Source: Spirogloea muscicola (Eukaryota). From it: a stretch of 44,220 bases of DNA. How positions within the stretch are numbered: the first letter of the stretch is position 1; each line of letters starts with the position of its first letter. The stretch spans positions 685,502 through 729,721 of the forward strand of contig WELB01000024.1 of NCBI GenBank assembly GCA_009602725.1. The letters are read 5' to 3'. This document shows positions 12,282 to 24,375 of this stretch, in pieces. Under the pieces are notes generated by a model, which worked only from the letters and a program-made list of their open reading frames with translations, did no database searches and was not told the DNA's origin. The position numbers and the translations under genes were made by a program.

Positions 12282-13485
12282 CGAGCAGGCGGGCTGCTCG
12301 GAAGGCGCCGGAGAAGTACGCAAGCAAGTGTGTTACAGTCTTTCCTGAGTATGAGCAGCTCCACAAGTGGCAGACGCAGCCGCAGCCGCAGCCGAATGGA
12401 GGAGCGCCGCATTCGTGTCCCTGCCACGCGCTAACAGGCAGGCCGGTGGTGGAAAGGAGGGCTGCGGAAGGGGCAGATTAAGGCCGCGGCTTTGGGGGAC
12501 GGCGCTGCTTGTCCTGTGCCTGCAGTTGAGACGTCGCCAACAGCAAATTCCCCGGCCGAGGGACCCCCTCTGCCCCTTAGACCCGGATAACGGCGACAGC
12601 TAGCGGTCACGTTTTTGGGGCCCAATCTGGCGTGGCCAGACCGCGGTCTTGTGAGCCTCGCCCTCTCCACTCAGCAGCTGCAGGTGAGCGACAAGTAGAG
12701 ATCCGGAGAAGTTCAGGTCTGCAAGGTTGCAAACCTTGGAGCAGTTAATGGCTGCCTCGTAATCAGTGCCAACATACCCCAATGTCTCAGCAATCCAGCC
12801 CACAATACTCGTAGTACAACTTAGTCACAAGATACAGCTTCAAGGTGAGAGTACGTTGAGTGAAGATGCAGACGACAGTAAATCACTACCCTATAGCTGT
12901 AATCAGTTATTAGTATTGAGGCAGCATGCGAGCGGACATGTACATGCTGCAGGGCCAGTGATATGGCAGGGCACCGAGTGCCTCCAAAGTATGTGCATGC
13001 TACATGCAAAAGCAGACTACACGTGCAATAGCAATTGTTGCAGCACCTAATGGCGTGGCTGTTGACAGGGAACAAATGGCGCCACGATCACATGTGGCTA
13101 GAGTAGAGCATGCAGATAACCCAGGCCGCGTCAAGTAGTAACTATAGTTGCACAATTGAGCTTGGCTCTTGCTCTTGCCATATGTTAGCTTGTTGAGATA
13201 TCTGCGACATTCATTCCGACAGGTTCCCCACAGAGCTGGCAGGATACTAGCACATTGTTTCTGCCAGGTTTACTGGCATTAGTGGCAGAAGTGGCATGCT
13301 TGACAACACCCGCAATGCTGGCGATGCTGGCAATACCTGCCAGCAAGCACTGCCTAGCAAGCAGTCATTTGCTTATTTATTTAAGGCTGTCATCGTGGAC
13401 ATATTCAGAAGAACTCTGCACTGCAAGGCGATCTGGAATATTCCCTCTGCCCGGTTGCTATATACAATACTGGCCACTTGCTCAT

Positions 13486-15669
13486 TCAGTTGGCGGTGAT
13501 GTTGCCTTGAGTGCTTATCCGTATCATGTCCTCCATGTCTCCAGTGCTGCAGCAGCCAATGAGGCATGCATGCATGAGCCAAGTCTCAGTCGTACACCAT
13601 TTGCTTACGTGCATATTTGGATGCACTTCCAAGTCCAGATTCAAAGTCAACAATCTAACAATCTTCTGATTATTGCCCTTCGCTTAATTGCGGAGCGATG
13701 CACATCTTGCGATACACCATGTTTACCTGCTTGCACGAAAGAGGGTACCACAAAGCTGGCCATGGCTGTTGATACGATTCACTCCCTTCATTGGCTGCCC
13801 AAGCTTCACATAACTGCAGCATATGGGCAAGCTTGTCATTATTTGTGCCGGCCAGTCAGCAACCTGAACAATGTACAGGTCTGCATGTCAGCAAACCATC
13901 AGCATACCTTCTAACATGGCCATCTTCAGAAGTGCTATCTCCCTCAAAATAAGATCCTGCAGGAAACTCTGACGCAGCTCCGGGTCCTGAAGTGCACTCC
14001 TCGGAGAGTATACGCAAATTTGACGACAACAACAGAGCTCCTGCAAGCACAACCCAGCCACTTGAAAGGCTGCCACCTAGCTAATCACACCCCTGAAAAT
14101 GACAACTAAAAGTGGTAATGTATAAATCAGGACCGCTTGTGATCACTTCACATTTCCGCCCTTGCAACCAGAAACCCAGATCCAGTGTACTTCTGGCTTG
14201 TCACTGAAGTGGAAATGGGGTCCCAAGTCAGCCAAGCTTGAGCGTACCCAATGGGGAGCAGCCCCAGAAAAGGGGTGCTCCGGCTGATCTGGCAGCGAGT
14301 ACGTAGTTGCAGGATGCATCATAAAGAATGAACGAGTATTGGCCCTGCACCAGCAAGTCATTGTGTACGATGGTGGTGAGACCATAGCACCTCACATTGC
14401 TATGGACTTGCGTAAAGCCTGCAATTGGACACCTTAGATAAGTATATGCAGCATGTTGTGCCTTGGGAGTTGACTGCAACACTTGAGAAAGTTTCTTATT
14501 CAGCAATGACAGTTGCTTGTAGAGATTTGTAATGAATACTTGCCCTGATAGCGTCAAGACAAGTCTGTGGCTGAGCACTTTGATCACCATATGCATCAAC
14601 AAAGCCCTGCAGTACAAAGTGAGATTTACTACTGAGACAGACCTGCAAGGGATGAAGTGCGAATTACTCAATGCCAGTGCGATGTAGGTCTTGTTCAGAG
14701 CAGATGCTTCTCAACAGATGTTATACCTAGGCAGCGCTTCTGACCTTGCAGTACAAAGCCAGGAGGAGCTGAGCGCTCGTAGAGGTGAAAGTGCTGAAAG
14801 TATCAGTTGCTTGAAGACTAGCTGGTAGGAGGCCGTACAGGTCTCTCATCTCTTCGTCATTGTCTATCCTCCAGAACATTACAAGAAATGCTTTCTGCCC
14901 ATCCCTGCACCATCATAAAACGTGTTCATGAAGGCATGTCTAGAGTTCAAAAGCATGTGAACCCTGTGCATGCCAGCATAGAAGCGTACTTATGCAGAAA
15001 ACACATTTAGCTTGTCATGGTGCCTAGAAAGAGGTACTCATCAGATACAATAATTTAGTAGAGCGGTAAATCAGTATAGGCAGTGCAGATGAAGTGGCTA
15101 AGTTGGACGTACAGCGAATTGGTACATTCTGCGTAACTTACGCTCTTGTCAAGTCCATCGTAGGCAACAGCAGCTCCTCCAGCCATGAGGTCTACAACCT
15201 GATTATCACGCAGTTGCCTCAGGACATCAACCCCAGAACACATGAGGGTAGCTTGGTGGTGGTTGACAGAATCACCACAAAGCAACCAGCATCAATGATA
15301 GCACCAGCATTGCTGCTTCCAAATGTCAAACCTTCTTGTGCATGTGATCGGGAAGGCACATCCTCATTCTTCTCATGGTGTCCTGTACTACTTCATCACC
15401 ATCAAATCCCAGCCTGCATGTGAAATTTGCAAGACATTCCAACAATGTGATATTGTGCAGTAATCCACAGAACCACAGCAATGCTCGTTTGAAGTATCAG
15501 CCTTCTGTGAATCCAATGCCATCAGAACCACAGATATACATCAGAATATGCCACAGGTGAGGTCAATCAGTCTTGAGGTGTACCCAAAGTGACTGTCATC
15601 AGCTCCCGCTCCCCTTTTGTCCATAGCAGAAGGTGGTTGCACACACATATTTGAGATGACGGCGAACAT
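13486..15669 (-). CDS. DUF3700 / stem-specific TSJT1 / Wali7-like protein (Ntn-hydrolase, GATase type-2-like fold lacking the N-terminal Cys), about 9 coding exons
   Basis: Phase-consistent exon chain: MFAVISNMCVQPPSAM...|...FLVMFWRIDNDEEMRDLYGL...LLLALYCK|GFVDAYGDQ...IR|GQYSFILYDASCNYVLAARSAGAPLFWG|GALLLSS...FPAGSYF|...MKGVNRINSHGQLCGTLF|...MIRISTQGNITAN-stop. This matches motifs I recall from plant Wali7/TSJT1 (GxFAFILFD, PxFWG, FPxGCFF, RVDSxGxxCG). Confidence 0.85.
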
Positions 15670-15982
15670 GGTGGAAGCTGTCAAAGCGTGCCAAATTTTG
15701 CGGGTTGACCAAGAGGTGCCAAGGAGGCAACAGAGTGCCAAGGCAGGGAGGTCCGGCAGTGCAAGCCTGGCCTGACAGCGAGTAAGCGCAGCGTCACAAT
15801 AGGCAGGCCCGCGGGCGCAAGCGGAGCGGGTAGAGCATCGACGCCCTTGGCGTGCCCGCAGCTCCTCCGCGTGCCGGGGGCGAGCAGCCCGGCGAGGCCT
15901 GGGAGCGGAGGTTGCTGCGTTTGTGCAGTGCGGAGGACTGCAGCAGCAGCGCCACCTCCCTTCGCACTCAGGCTCCCTCAGA

Positions 15983-16990
15983 CTGTCCATTCCTTTGGGC
16001 TGGCCTTTCCCAGCCACCAGTCAATCTGGCCGCGCTTCTTTTTTTCCCTTGAGGAAACTCCGCAGCCGGCGCGGATTCCGTTGGGAAAAAGCTCCTTCCT
16101 TTAACAGCCTATTGTCCATTCTGTTTGGGCTGGCTTTGCTAGTCTAGATGCCTAGCTAGTGTTGGAGCTCTTTGGATATTGTCCATTCTTTTTTGGCTGG
16201 CTTCTGCCAGCCCCTCTCTTCTATGGGCGAGCTCATCTTCTTTGCTAGCCCCTCTTCTCTATGCAGCTCTACAAGCGGTACAGGTCGAGTCGACATGGCC
16301 CCCGTCAGCACGGCTCCCCCCCGCTCTGTGGCGTTCTGTGGGGACCCACTTCCAGGAGCCCAGCATCTCTGATCTGCGGCTGCTTAGCAGGGGTTACTGA
16401 GTGTCTCGTAGCAGCTTTGTTTCTGTTAGTTAGCGCTTCCCCTGGCCCCCTTCTCGTACTCTGTTCATTCTTTTTCGGGCTGGTTATTCCAGCCCCTATT
16501 CTCAATGGGCGAGCACTTTCTTCTGTGGCACCTCCGGCCCTCCTAGTAATAAGGAAAACGTGTGTATTAAGATAGGGTGCCTAGTATAGGGCGTCATTGC
16601 ATGTAGCCAAATTCTTTGCGCTGCATTCTTTGCACTTTCTGCATTTTCTGCCTGAACAATGTATTGGCTTGAATTGGCATCGCTTCAATTCCATGCGCAC
16701 CGCGCGCCTTCCCTCTGTGCGCAAGCCTTTTCCTTCTGTTCATTCTTTTTCGGGCTGGTTGTTCCTATTCTCAATGGGCGAGCACTTTCTTCTTCTTTTC
16801 CTTCTTCAACTGGCCACCCTTTCATTCTCATGCGCAACGCTCTCCACTCTTGGAAGAAAGCGCGCGGTGCGCATGGAATTGGAAGAGAGGCCAATTCAAG
16901 CCTTACAAGAGTCCCCTAATAATAAAAAACAGTGGGAAATGAGCTGGCTAAGGTTGGCACAAATATCCTCGAGTGAGCACATAACTGGCG
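15983..16990. mobile_element. Cluster of nested truncated retroposon 3' ends (families A, B, C)
   Basis: Family B inserted in family B with TSD CTTTGCTAG (16134-16142 / 16240-16248). Family A inserted in family C with TSD TCTGTGGC (16325-16332 / 16522-16529). Further + copies run to ~16850, and a - family C copy with YVLTRGY lies at ~16853-16990. Confidence 0.85.
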
Positions 16991-17240
16991 ACCCCGAGCT
17001 CGGGCGCCTCGTGGGGATTTGGCGCAGCCGACGTGGCGGGCGGCCGGGATTGGCAGCCGCCCACGTGCTGCGGCGGGCCCATGCCTCTGGTTGCGTCTAG
17101 GCCAAACGCCACAATATCCGGCCCCACCCCCATTTCCGCCTACACGTCCTTCTCCCGTTCAAAAGCCATAGCTCTGCTAATGAAAGGCAATGGCTGTGTC
17201 TGGATTTAGGCTTATCATGCCCCGGCTTCCAAAGCGGAGC

Positions 17241-17829
17241 TGTCGAGAGGGAGCTGTAGAGTCCTCAATCGGGCTTCTGCATTTTCTCCCGAGGACCAGC
17301 ATTCCACCCTCGTCAGCAGCCCAGATGCAGATCTGCTCATTGTGGCACACAGAGATCAGACACTCAGATACACCGACAGCTGAGGCTCCGCCCTCAGTCA
17401 GCCACACAGCCACACAGTCGCACAGTACACAGTCACACAGACGGCACAGGCTCCGCTCTCGATCAGAAATCAGCCACAAGGTCACACAGACAGCACAGGC
17501 TCCGCCCTCACTCCGTGGGTGGCTGCTATTGCTAGAGCGACGGGAGCAACAGCGTGATCGCCTCAGATCCACATCTGAGAACGAAGCCCGATGTGCCAGG
17601 GCACCCCTCCTAACAGGGAGCGCTCCCATCGCCCACAAGGCTGAGTCAGATGGTCATCCAGCCCTGGCTGGATGACCATCCGCTGATTCACATAATCCCG
17701 CAGAATGGTTCCCCGGCCCAAACTGCTGAATCACCTACATGCAACATCCTCAACACAATTACTCCCGCCTTCAGCCTCCATGGCAGGCGCCCCTACCGCC
17801 GCCAAACACCCGACGTACCATACTTGACA
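17241..17829. repeat. Possible solo LTR with internal CACACAG-type short repeats
   Basis: Bounded by TGTCGA...TTGACA (imperfect TG..CA inverted ends). Internal repeated CACACAG and GGCTCCGCCCTC units. Flanks GGAGC/GGATA match only 3/5. Confidence 0.3.
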
Positions 17830-17984
17830 GGATAAGAAGAGGCCAGCTCGTCCAGCAACTGCTGCTGTCTAGGCTATCAGAGGCAGGCAGATGATGGGCC
17901 AAGCTTCAAATGCTCCTTCATTGCCCCCTAGCCTAGGGAACTGCCTGGTCCCAGGAGACCAAATAAGGTGGGCAACATTGAGAT

Positions 17985-20862
17985 CTACATGGTGGTGGTG
18001 CCTCGTCTTTCGGGCTTGTTGGAGTTGATGAGGGCACTCACTTTCTCTAATGCCTGTCACAGGAGGAGCTAATGTCAAGAGGTCATCTAATAAAGGATAT
18101 GGCACGGCGAAGACTGAGCAACCATATGCAATCTATCGATGTGAGAGAGAACATAACAGGAACAGAAACTAAACAGGAAAGATGTCTTGGATGTTGAACT
18201 GGTCGGAGATTACTTATAAGTACCTCCAATGCCACTGCTCCAGAGTTGACAGAAGACAAGCTTTCCAAACCCAGCGAGGTTGCCAAATCTGCAGCAAGTT
18301 TTGCCTGTGACTACTTATCAAAAGGCATGGCACATGCTCTTTGCTCCACCTTCGTGAGCTTCTTAATGCTTGGGAATGAGGAGCAACTCCGTTGAAGAGA
18401 TCCGACTTTCTGCTGAGTGTGATGACGTTCAGCTGCTCTGCTGTTACTAGAGAGAGACTGGATTTGGCTGAAGCTCATGACCAGGAGAGCGACCCTACCC
18501 TCCAATCTGAGTGTAGCATCTGCTTGTGCGTACATATCCCGGCGATCACACAGGAGCTGGTTCAATCTTTGCAACAACTGCAGCAAGATAAGTTAGCAAC
18601 AGCAGATTAGTAGGGACCCACAAGAGTGAGCTCCTATTACAGAGCCTCTTAAGTGAGCCTTTTGAGGGCCCTAGCCTGCAACTACAAAAGGCCGCGCACC
18701 TTAGAGTGCTCTTCAACCTCTGTGGTTTCTCCAGAGCTCAGTAATGGACGTGACTTAGTCCCAGCAGATAGCAGACGATCAGCAAGAGCACCTACAGGAA
18801 CATCGAGCCATACTGTGATATGGTCTCTCATTTTTGACCTGCAAGCGTAATTGCTTCCTGTTAAGTTGTGCTTGCATATCTAAGTCAGCGAGAATGACCA
18901 CAGTTTGAACAAGCATGAAGAAGATGCACTCCTGATTTTCTAGTCTTGTCGAATTTGCAACCTTCTAAAAGTTGCGGCGATCATTGGCCTTGCTGATACT
19001 GACCAGTTAGTTGGGCGCGTCACTGCACCACCACCAGTTGCAACCACAAGCCGGCCGTTCGACGAAAGCTCTGCAATTACTTTGCTCTGCACAGACATGA
19101 ACGGTGACACGGCTGTGGAAGGCCAGCAATAAGCAAATGAGGTGAGCCTGCTGTGTTTCACTACAGCGGATTGAGAACTGAGATTATTAGATTGATTACT
19201 CTGATGTTTCCAGCATAGATTGGATAGTTTCTATAGTAGTGGTAGTGGTTCTATTAGTGATTCTCTATCACAAGTGGCGACCTGCTAGCTTGTAGAAGTA
19301 TTGGGGTGAAGCTTCAAATTAGTCATTGTCGTTGCACCACACCAGAGTACTGATGAAGCTTGCAAGCTCTACGAGCGAGATATGTATGCTTCAGACGCTT
19401 GAAAGCTTGCAAGAGCCAGATGTGTGAGGAAGTGGGGGCAGTAAGGACCTCAAGTTGTCGAAAGACCTCCTCTCCGCACTCAGCAAAGATCTCAGCAACA
19501 GATGCTCCACCTGCTACTTGTACTACCACCTGGTCACTGATATTATATCAGACTTGATGTGAGACCTTGATGATTGTAGTGACAAGATGGATTCATCTAT
19601 GTCAAAGCTGGGTCCACAAGCCATCACTCTTGTGCCCGCAACTATGCACAACAACCTGTTGCATGTCTTATGATGGACTCTTAGTATCAGCAGGGCCACG
19701 GGCTGTCACAGCTATTAGGCAGCCATCACATCTACAGTAGTGCACTATGCTGCTGCTTCACTTGTGGTTGCAGAACTGGCTAGTACCAGTCAAGAAAGGA
19801 GTAGTGTAGAGCATCCGCAAGAATTCTTCCAACAGTGGTCTTACCGCTGCCCATCATGCCTGCATTTGCCCAAATGGTTCGAACAAAGTCAAAATAGCTA
19901 TGTCTTCTTCGACCACAGACATGCCTCTGCACACACAGGCTGCCTGTCCAACAACATCCACACACACTAAATACGTTGTCTATCAGTGCATGTAGATTCA
20001 AGTTTTGTCAAGTGAGCTGCAATCACCGAGCCCGCGGTTTCATCGCATCACTGACCAACAAGGAAGATGCTAGTTCCCCTCAAGTCACCCACAACTTCCG
20101 CTGCCTTCCTCTGCAACAGCACCAAGGCATACCATATAACCTTGACCTTTACATCACAGATCAACTCTGATATTGGAATGCCAGTAGCGGAACAGTCAAT
20201 GACGAGACCAGTGTAAACTTCCAGTTCAAAAAGCACTCCCGTGACTTGTAGAGTGGGTGACTCGCTCAGTAAGCAGCATTCTGTATGTTGAGAGACTCGT
20301 GGACTGACACGGAATGTTGAGCATTAAAGCTCAGTAGACAAGGCGGGAGAGAACTGCTGGACGTCAGGCTCGCGCAGGACCTCAGTTTGGAACAATGAGC
20401 AAGGTTGTTAGTTTGGAACAATGAGCAAGGTTGTTACCTGTAATGCTGAAGTCTCCTCCTCTGACAGTGAGTTCGCCTGCTGATTGTTTCCAATAACTGC
20501 CAAGCGAACAGAAACACTGATATTCCACGTTTGTCTCGACTGCTGGGAAACTCTACTTACTTCAGTGTGCACTGAAGCTCCCGGACCGGGGGTTAGTGAA
20601 CAAAAAGGGCACGTGCGCATCCTCCCGACCGTCCACAGTACGTACCAAAGCAGCCGTCCCGTTGCTGCTGCCGCCGCCTACGGAAAGGCCGTTGCGCATT
20701 ACGGCGCAGGGGGCTCGGGCACCTTACGAGAGAGCTCGACGGCCACTGCTGGGGTGGTGGTACCTCCAGAGCAACATTTGCAAGGCCGGCTGCAGCGGGA
20801 CAGCGTCGGAGCTCGTGCGGCGTCGCACAGCAGGCGGCTCCGAGGAGGGAGAGTGCGGCCAT
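17985..20862 (-). CDS. SK: Plastid shikimate kinase, about 10 exons
   Basis: Transit-peptide-like exon 1, then SIFLVG|MMGSGKTTVG (Walker A), FLDCD, VAEIFAECGEEVFRQLE, VVATGGGAV, TVWLDVP, SRPLL, RRDMYAQAD, and final exon ALEKVSALINSNKPERRGTTTM-stop. Confidence 0.95.
20384..20436. repeat. 26-bp tandem duplication in a shikimate kinase intron
   Basis: AGTTTGGAACAATGAGCAAGGTTGTT occurs twice back to back, next to the exon 2 donor. Confidence 0.9.
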
Positions 20863-21408
20863 GGCTGCGCCTGGCGCGCCAAGCGCAGCCTCGTCCCGGG
20901 GGCGCAGCCAGAGAGGCGCGCGAGCGCGGCAAGCGGGCCTCGGGCTGGCGGACGTCGCCTCAAGGAGTTCAGGTGTAGCCTTAAACCCAGCTCATACCCC
21001 CAAACCCCCCTTCAAGCCTTAAACCCCACCCCACCATTCACCCAGCTGGCCCAGCTGAACGTGCGCAGCAGCCGATCCTCGCCCGCTGCGCAGCGACGGT
21101 GCCAGTCCGCCCCGCCGCGCCGCCCCCTTCTCGGTCTCGCGCTTGCCCGCCGCCAGGACAGCCGCCAGCCTCCACGCGAGAGCGGCGGGACGGACGTCGC
21201 GCCTGCTGGTGCACCTTCTGGCAGCGCACGGGCCTCGGTTCCGACGCCGCTGCCACAGGGAAAGGCTGTGAAGGATTGCGGCGTCAGGCGGCACAGTGGG
21301 CGTGGCGTGTGCCCGCTGTGCCATCTGCCTTCGGGTCAAGACGCCTGCGCGGCCCCCTCCGCTCGAGACGAGCTTGACTGGCTGGTGCCGTCGCCTGGGC
21401 CAGCAGCC

Positions 21409-23975
21409 ATGTATGGAGTGCTGGCTGGGGCCACGCTCGGTGAAAGGGCAGGGGCGCTGCTGGAGCCCGAGGGCCGACCGGCGCACCTCGTCAAGCGGCA
21501 AGGCCCCAGTGGCTGGCCAGCGCGATGGAGCGTGGCTGCGCCTCCCGCTCCCGCCGGTGTACGGTGTGCGAGGCATGGGGGCATCCTTCGCCGCGCAGGT
21601 TATTGGCAACCGAGTCTCTGGCCGGCACTACGTCGTGGTGCACGTTTGCCGGCTTTCTCTTTCGCCTCGCTTTCTCGCGGGTGCGGCCCATATCGTCGGA
21701 AGGGGCCGTCGTCTGACGCCTTGGACGCTGCCATGCAGCAGTGAGGAAGGCCGGCAGCGGCACGAAGCCGCGCAGAGGCCCCAGGAAGCAGGAGGCCGAG
21801 GAAGGGCGGACAGGTGAGCAGAGGCGAGGGGCTGGAGGTCGACTAGCCGCGGCCGACGCAGAGAAGGAAGAGGATGTGTACACTCTGGAGCGCGGGTGGC
21901 TTGTGGACCCCAGCACGCTGACCTCAAGGGAGGTGTGTACTGTGCCTTCATATCCTCTCTCGCTCCGTGTAAGTCCGCATCCTTTGTAGTCCTTACAGGT
22001 GATGCTCCTGCATATTCTGGTGTGTTGTGAAAGTGTCTGGTAGGTCCTACTTCAAGCATAAGGAATCGCAACACAATGCTCCTGAAAGCTGAGAACCCTT
22101 CCTTGCATGCCACATTGACCGCCTTGACAGAGTACAACCGGCACAGGCCCGAACATCCCACTCAAAATCCGCAAGCAGCTCGAAAAGGAGGCAGAGAGCA
22201 AGAGTGCGTCTGACCTCAGGGTTGAGGCGCCCCCACAGCGTTCCACGCATCGACATCTGAGGGTGACCAAGCTTCACTCCTCTGCCACAATTGGGCATGC
22301 AGTTGCACATCCATTGCTGCATGCTTACATATGATGAGGCCAGAAGTCATGTATCATGTGTGTGGAGATTGCACAGCTGTATTTAGTAGCACAACATTGC
22401 TCACAATGTGGCGGTCATGCAGGTAATGGGTGGGCGCCAAGGTGGCCGGAAGCTGCTTTCTCCTGCTGACGCCAATGTCCGGCCTATGATGGAGGTTGTC
22501 CGTGGAGCGGTCTTTAGTATGCTGCAGGTTTTTGCACATCCTCTCAGAACCTCTGCCAACCTTCAGTGCTCTTTCTGTCGTCCTGCTAAAGAAGCAGGGT
22601 GACAAAGTCGGTGTCTGTCACTCGATCGCATGCTGAAGAGGTTGGGTACCTTCGCTGGATTAGCACCACTACTGATTTCTCTCGTGGGCAGTGCTTGGCA
22701 GGATCACCTGGCTGTTTGCCGGGCGGCAGGTGGTTGGACCTGTACAGCGGAACAGGCTCCGTTGGGATAGAAGCCATGAGCCGAGGGTGTGACACTGTAA
22801 GGCAGAGGAGTTGGGGGTGTATCACACCGTGTTGGCTACTTCTTGGGTTGCTTAAGCTTGAAACAGCAATAGGTGCTCATGGTGAAGCAGTTTAGCTCTA
22901 CGGTGCCAATGACCAGTCTCTTGTTTGCTTCAGGCACATTTCGTTGAAATGGACCCATGGGTTGTCAGCAACGTGCTTGGGACCAACCTATCCTCCTGCG
23001 ACCTGGCTGGCCAAAGCGTGATTCACACTGTGCAGGTGGAGGCCTTCTTGAAACGTGCCGAGGAGTGTGGTGGTATGCCTCTACTTATACGCGTTGCCTT
23101 TCCCTGGCAGAATGCAAGGTCTTGCACCTTAGCAGTCCCACTAATTACTGCTTGGGGTTCTGCACAACAGCTGTGCAAAATTATATGCGTATAACTTCCT
23201 GCATCTGCTCGATGCTCCTGCAAGGTTTATGTACACGTCTTGGACAGGGTCCAGTACCTAACTTCAGCAGTACTTTGCTGCAGCGGCCTTTGCTGGAGGG
23301 ATTTTTGACTACGTGAGTGTCACACCTCCGTACGAAGCTGTGTCCTACTCGGAACTTCTTACGAAGCTTGCCATATCTCCCCTTATTGGATCAGATACCA
23401 TATGTGTACGTATCACACGAGATTGATGCGCTTGCGAGCCATGAGCTTTGTAACCCATTCTTCCATTGATGAGTTTTTCAAGATTGTCCATCCATATGTA
23501 GGTTTTATCTTGTAAAATCATTGAGTGTCTGTTATCCACCTTACCTTGTGGTCAAAGCCTTGAGCCTCAAAGCGCAAGCAGCACGCAATCTTAGGTGCTG
23601 TGTAAGTAAGTTTAAGACAGTGCCTGAGCCTGATGCGTAAGTTCTCGTCAGGTGATCGAATACCCTTCCCGGTCAAAAGCAGACATCCTGGACCAATGTG
23701 GCCCTCTTCACCTGGTACGGATTTTTCTTTGATACAGCTGATGCTAAGCTGTAAGATACATATTTGCGGGGCTTGCTACCAGGCTGCATCTCAAGTTCCT
23801 GCCTCCAAGTAAGTCCGACAAGTATGATCGACCACATAGACTCTGAAGCCAATGATTTTGAACTTTATACAGCATCTGACTGTCATAAGTTCTTTTTTTC
23901 TCGCAGATACGAGATCGACGCTACGGTCGCACTAATGTTGCCTTTTACGGGCCTGAATGGGCAAAGCCCAGTTAG
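21409..23975 (+). CDS. RSMD: Plastid RsmD-like 16S rRNA m2G966 methyltransferase, about 9 exons
   Basis: HRHLR|VMGGRQGGRKLLSP...VRPMMEVVRGAVF, RWLDLYSGTGSVGIEAMSRG, HFVEMDPWVV, FDYVSVTPPY, VIEYP, RDRRYGRTNVAFYGPEWAKPS-stop. Start at 21409 is inferred from a transit-peptide-like exon and a phase-compatible intron at ~21599-21741. Confidence 0.93.
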
Positions 23976-24375
23976 CATCGCACTGCCTCATGATCAATTA
24001 AACACGCCACATTGCTATGTGTGAGCAGCTCACCAGGCACTGAAGTTTTCCAACTTGTCACATTCACAAGCGATGCTTGCATTGTATACACACTGATAAT
24101 CGAAGCAGAAAATCACCAAAACTTGAAGTTATTGGCTCAATGTTCTGTATCGGGAAAAGGATTAGGTGCGGACAATGTCTCGACCACTGTACGAGGGTGT
24201 GCATTTATGCTGAGCAGTCCTGCACTTGTAAATCAAAGAGTGACTGAGCTATCCATGTGCCACCTGTTGTATTCATATTGCAATATGAATACAACAAAGA
24301 TTCACAAAGAGGAGCTGCAGCCGTGGTGGTTTGGCAAGGTACTCGACTTCACACTTGACCAAATATATGGAGCAT

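Noticed and set aside
12600..12803. Minus ORF as last exon of the upstream gene
   Set aside because: The DUF3700 gene closes naturally at the stop at 13486, so this ORF has no support.
13255..13914. 219-aa ORF on +
   Set aside because: Antisense to the last exons of the DUF3700 gene, with no protein-like features.
16462..16521. 3' structured motif as an HDV-like ribozyme, tRNA or snoRNA
   Set aside because: I could not find the nested double pseudoknot, a cloverleaf, or properly placed C/D or H/ACA boxes. It lies at the element 3' end, whereas retroposon HDV-like ribozymes are at 5' ends.
20979..21030. Interstitial telomeric array
   Set aside because: Only two degenerate CCTTAAACCC units; not a tandem array.
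20596..21744. 382-aa ORF on +
   Set aside because: Stop-poor GC-rich island antisense to shikimate kinase exon 1. Only the part from 21409 to about 21598 is used, as RsmD exon 1.
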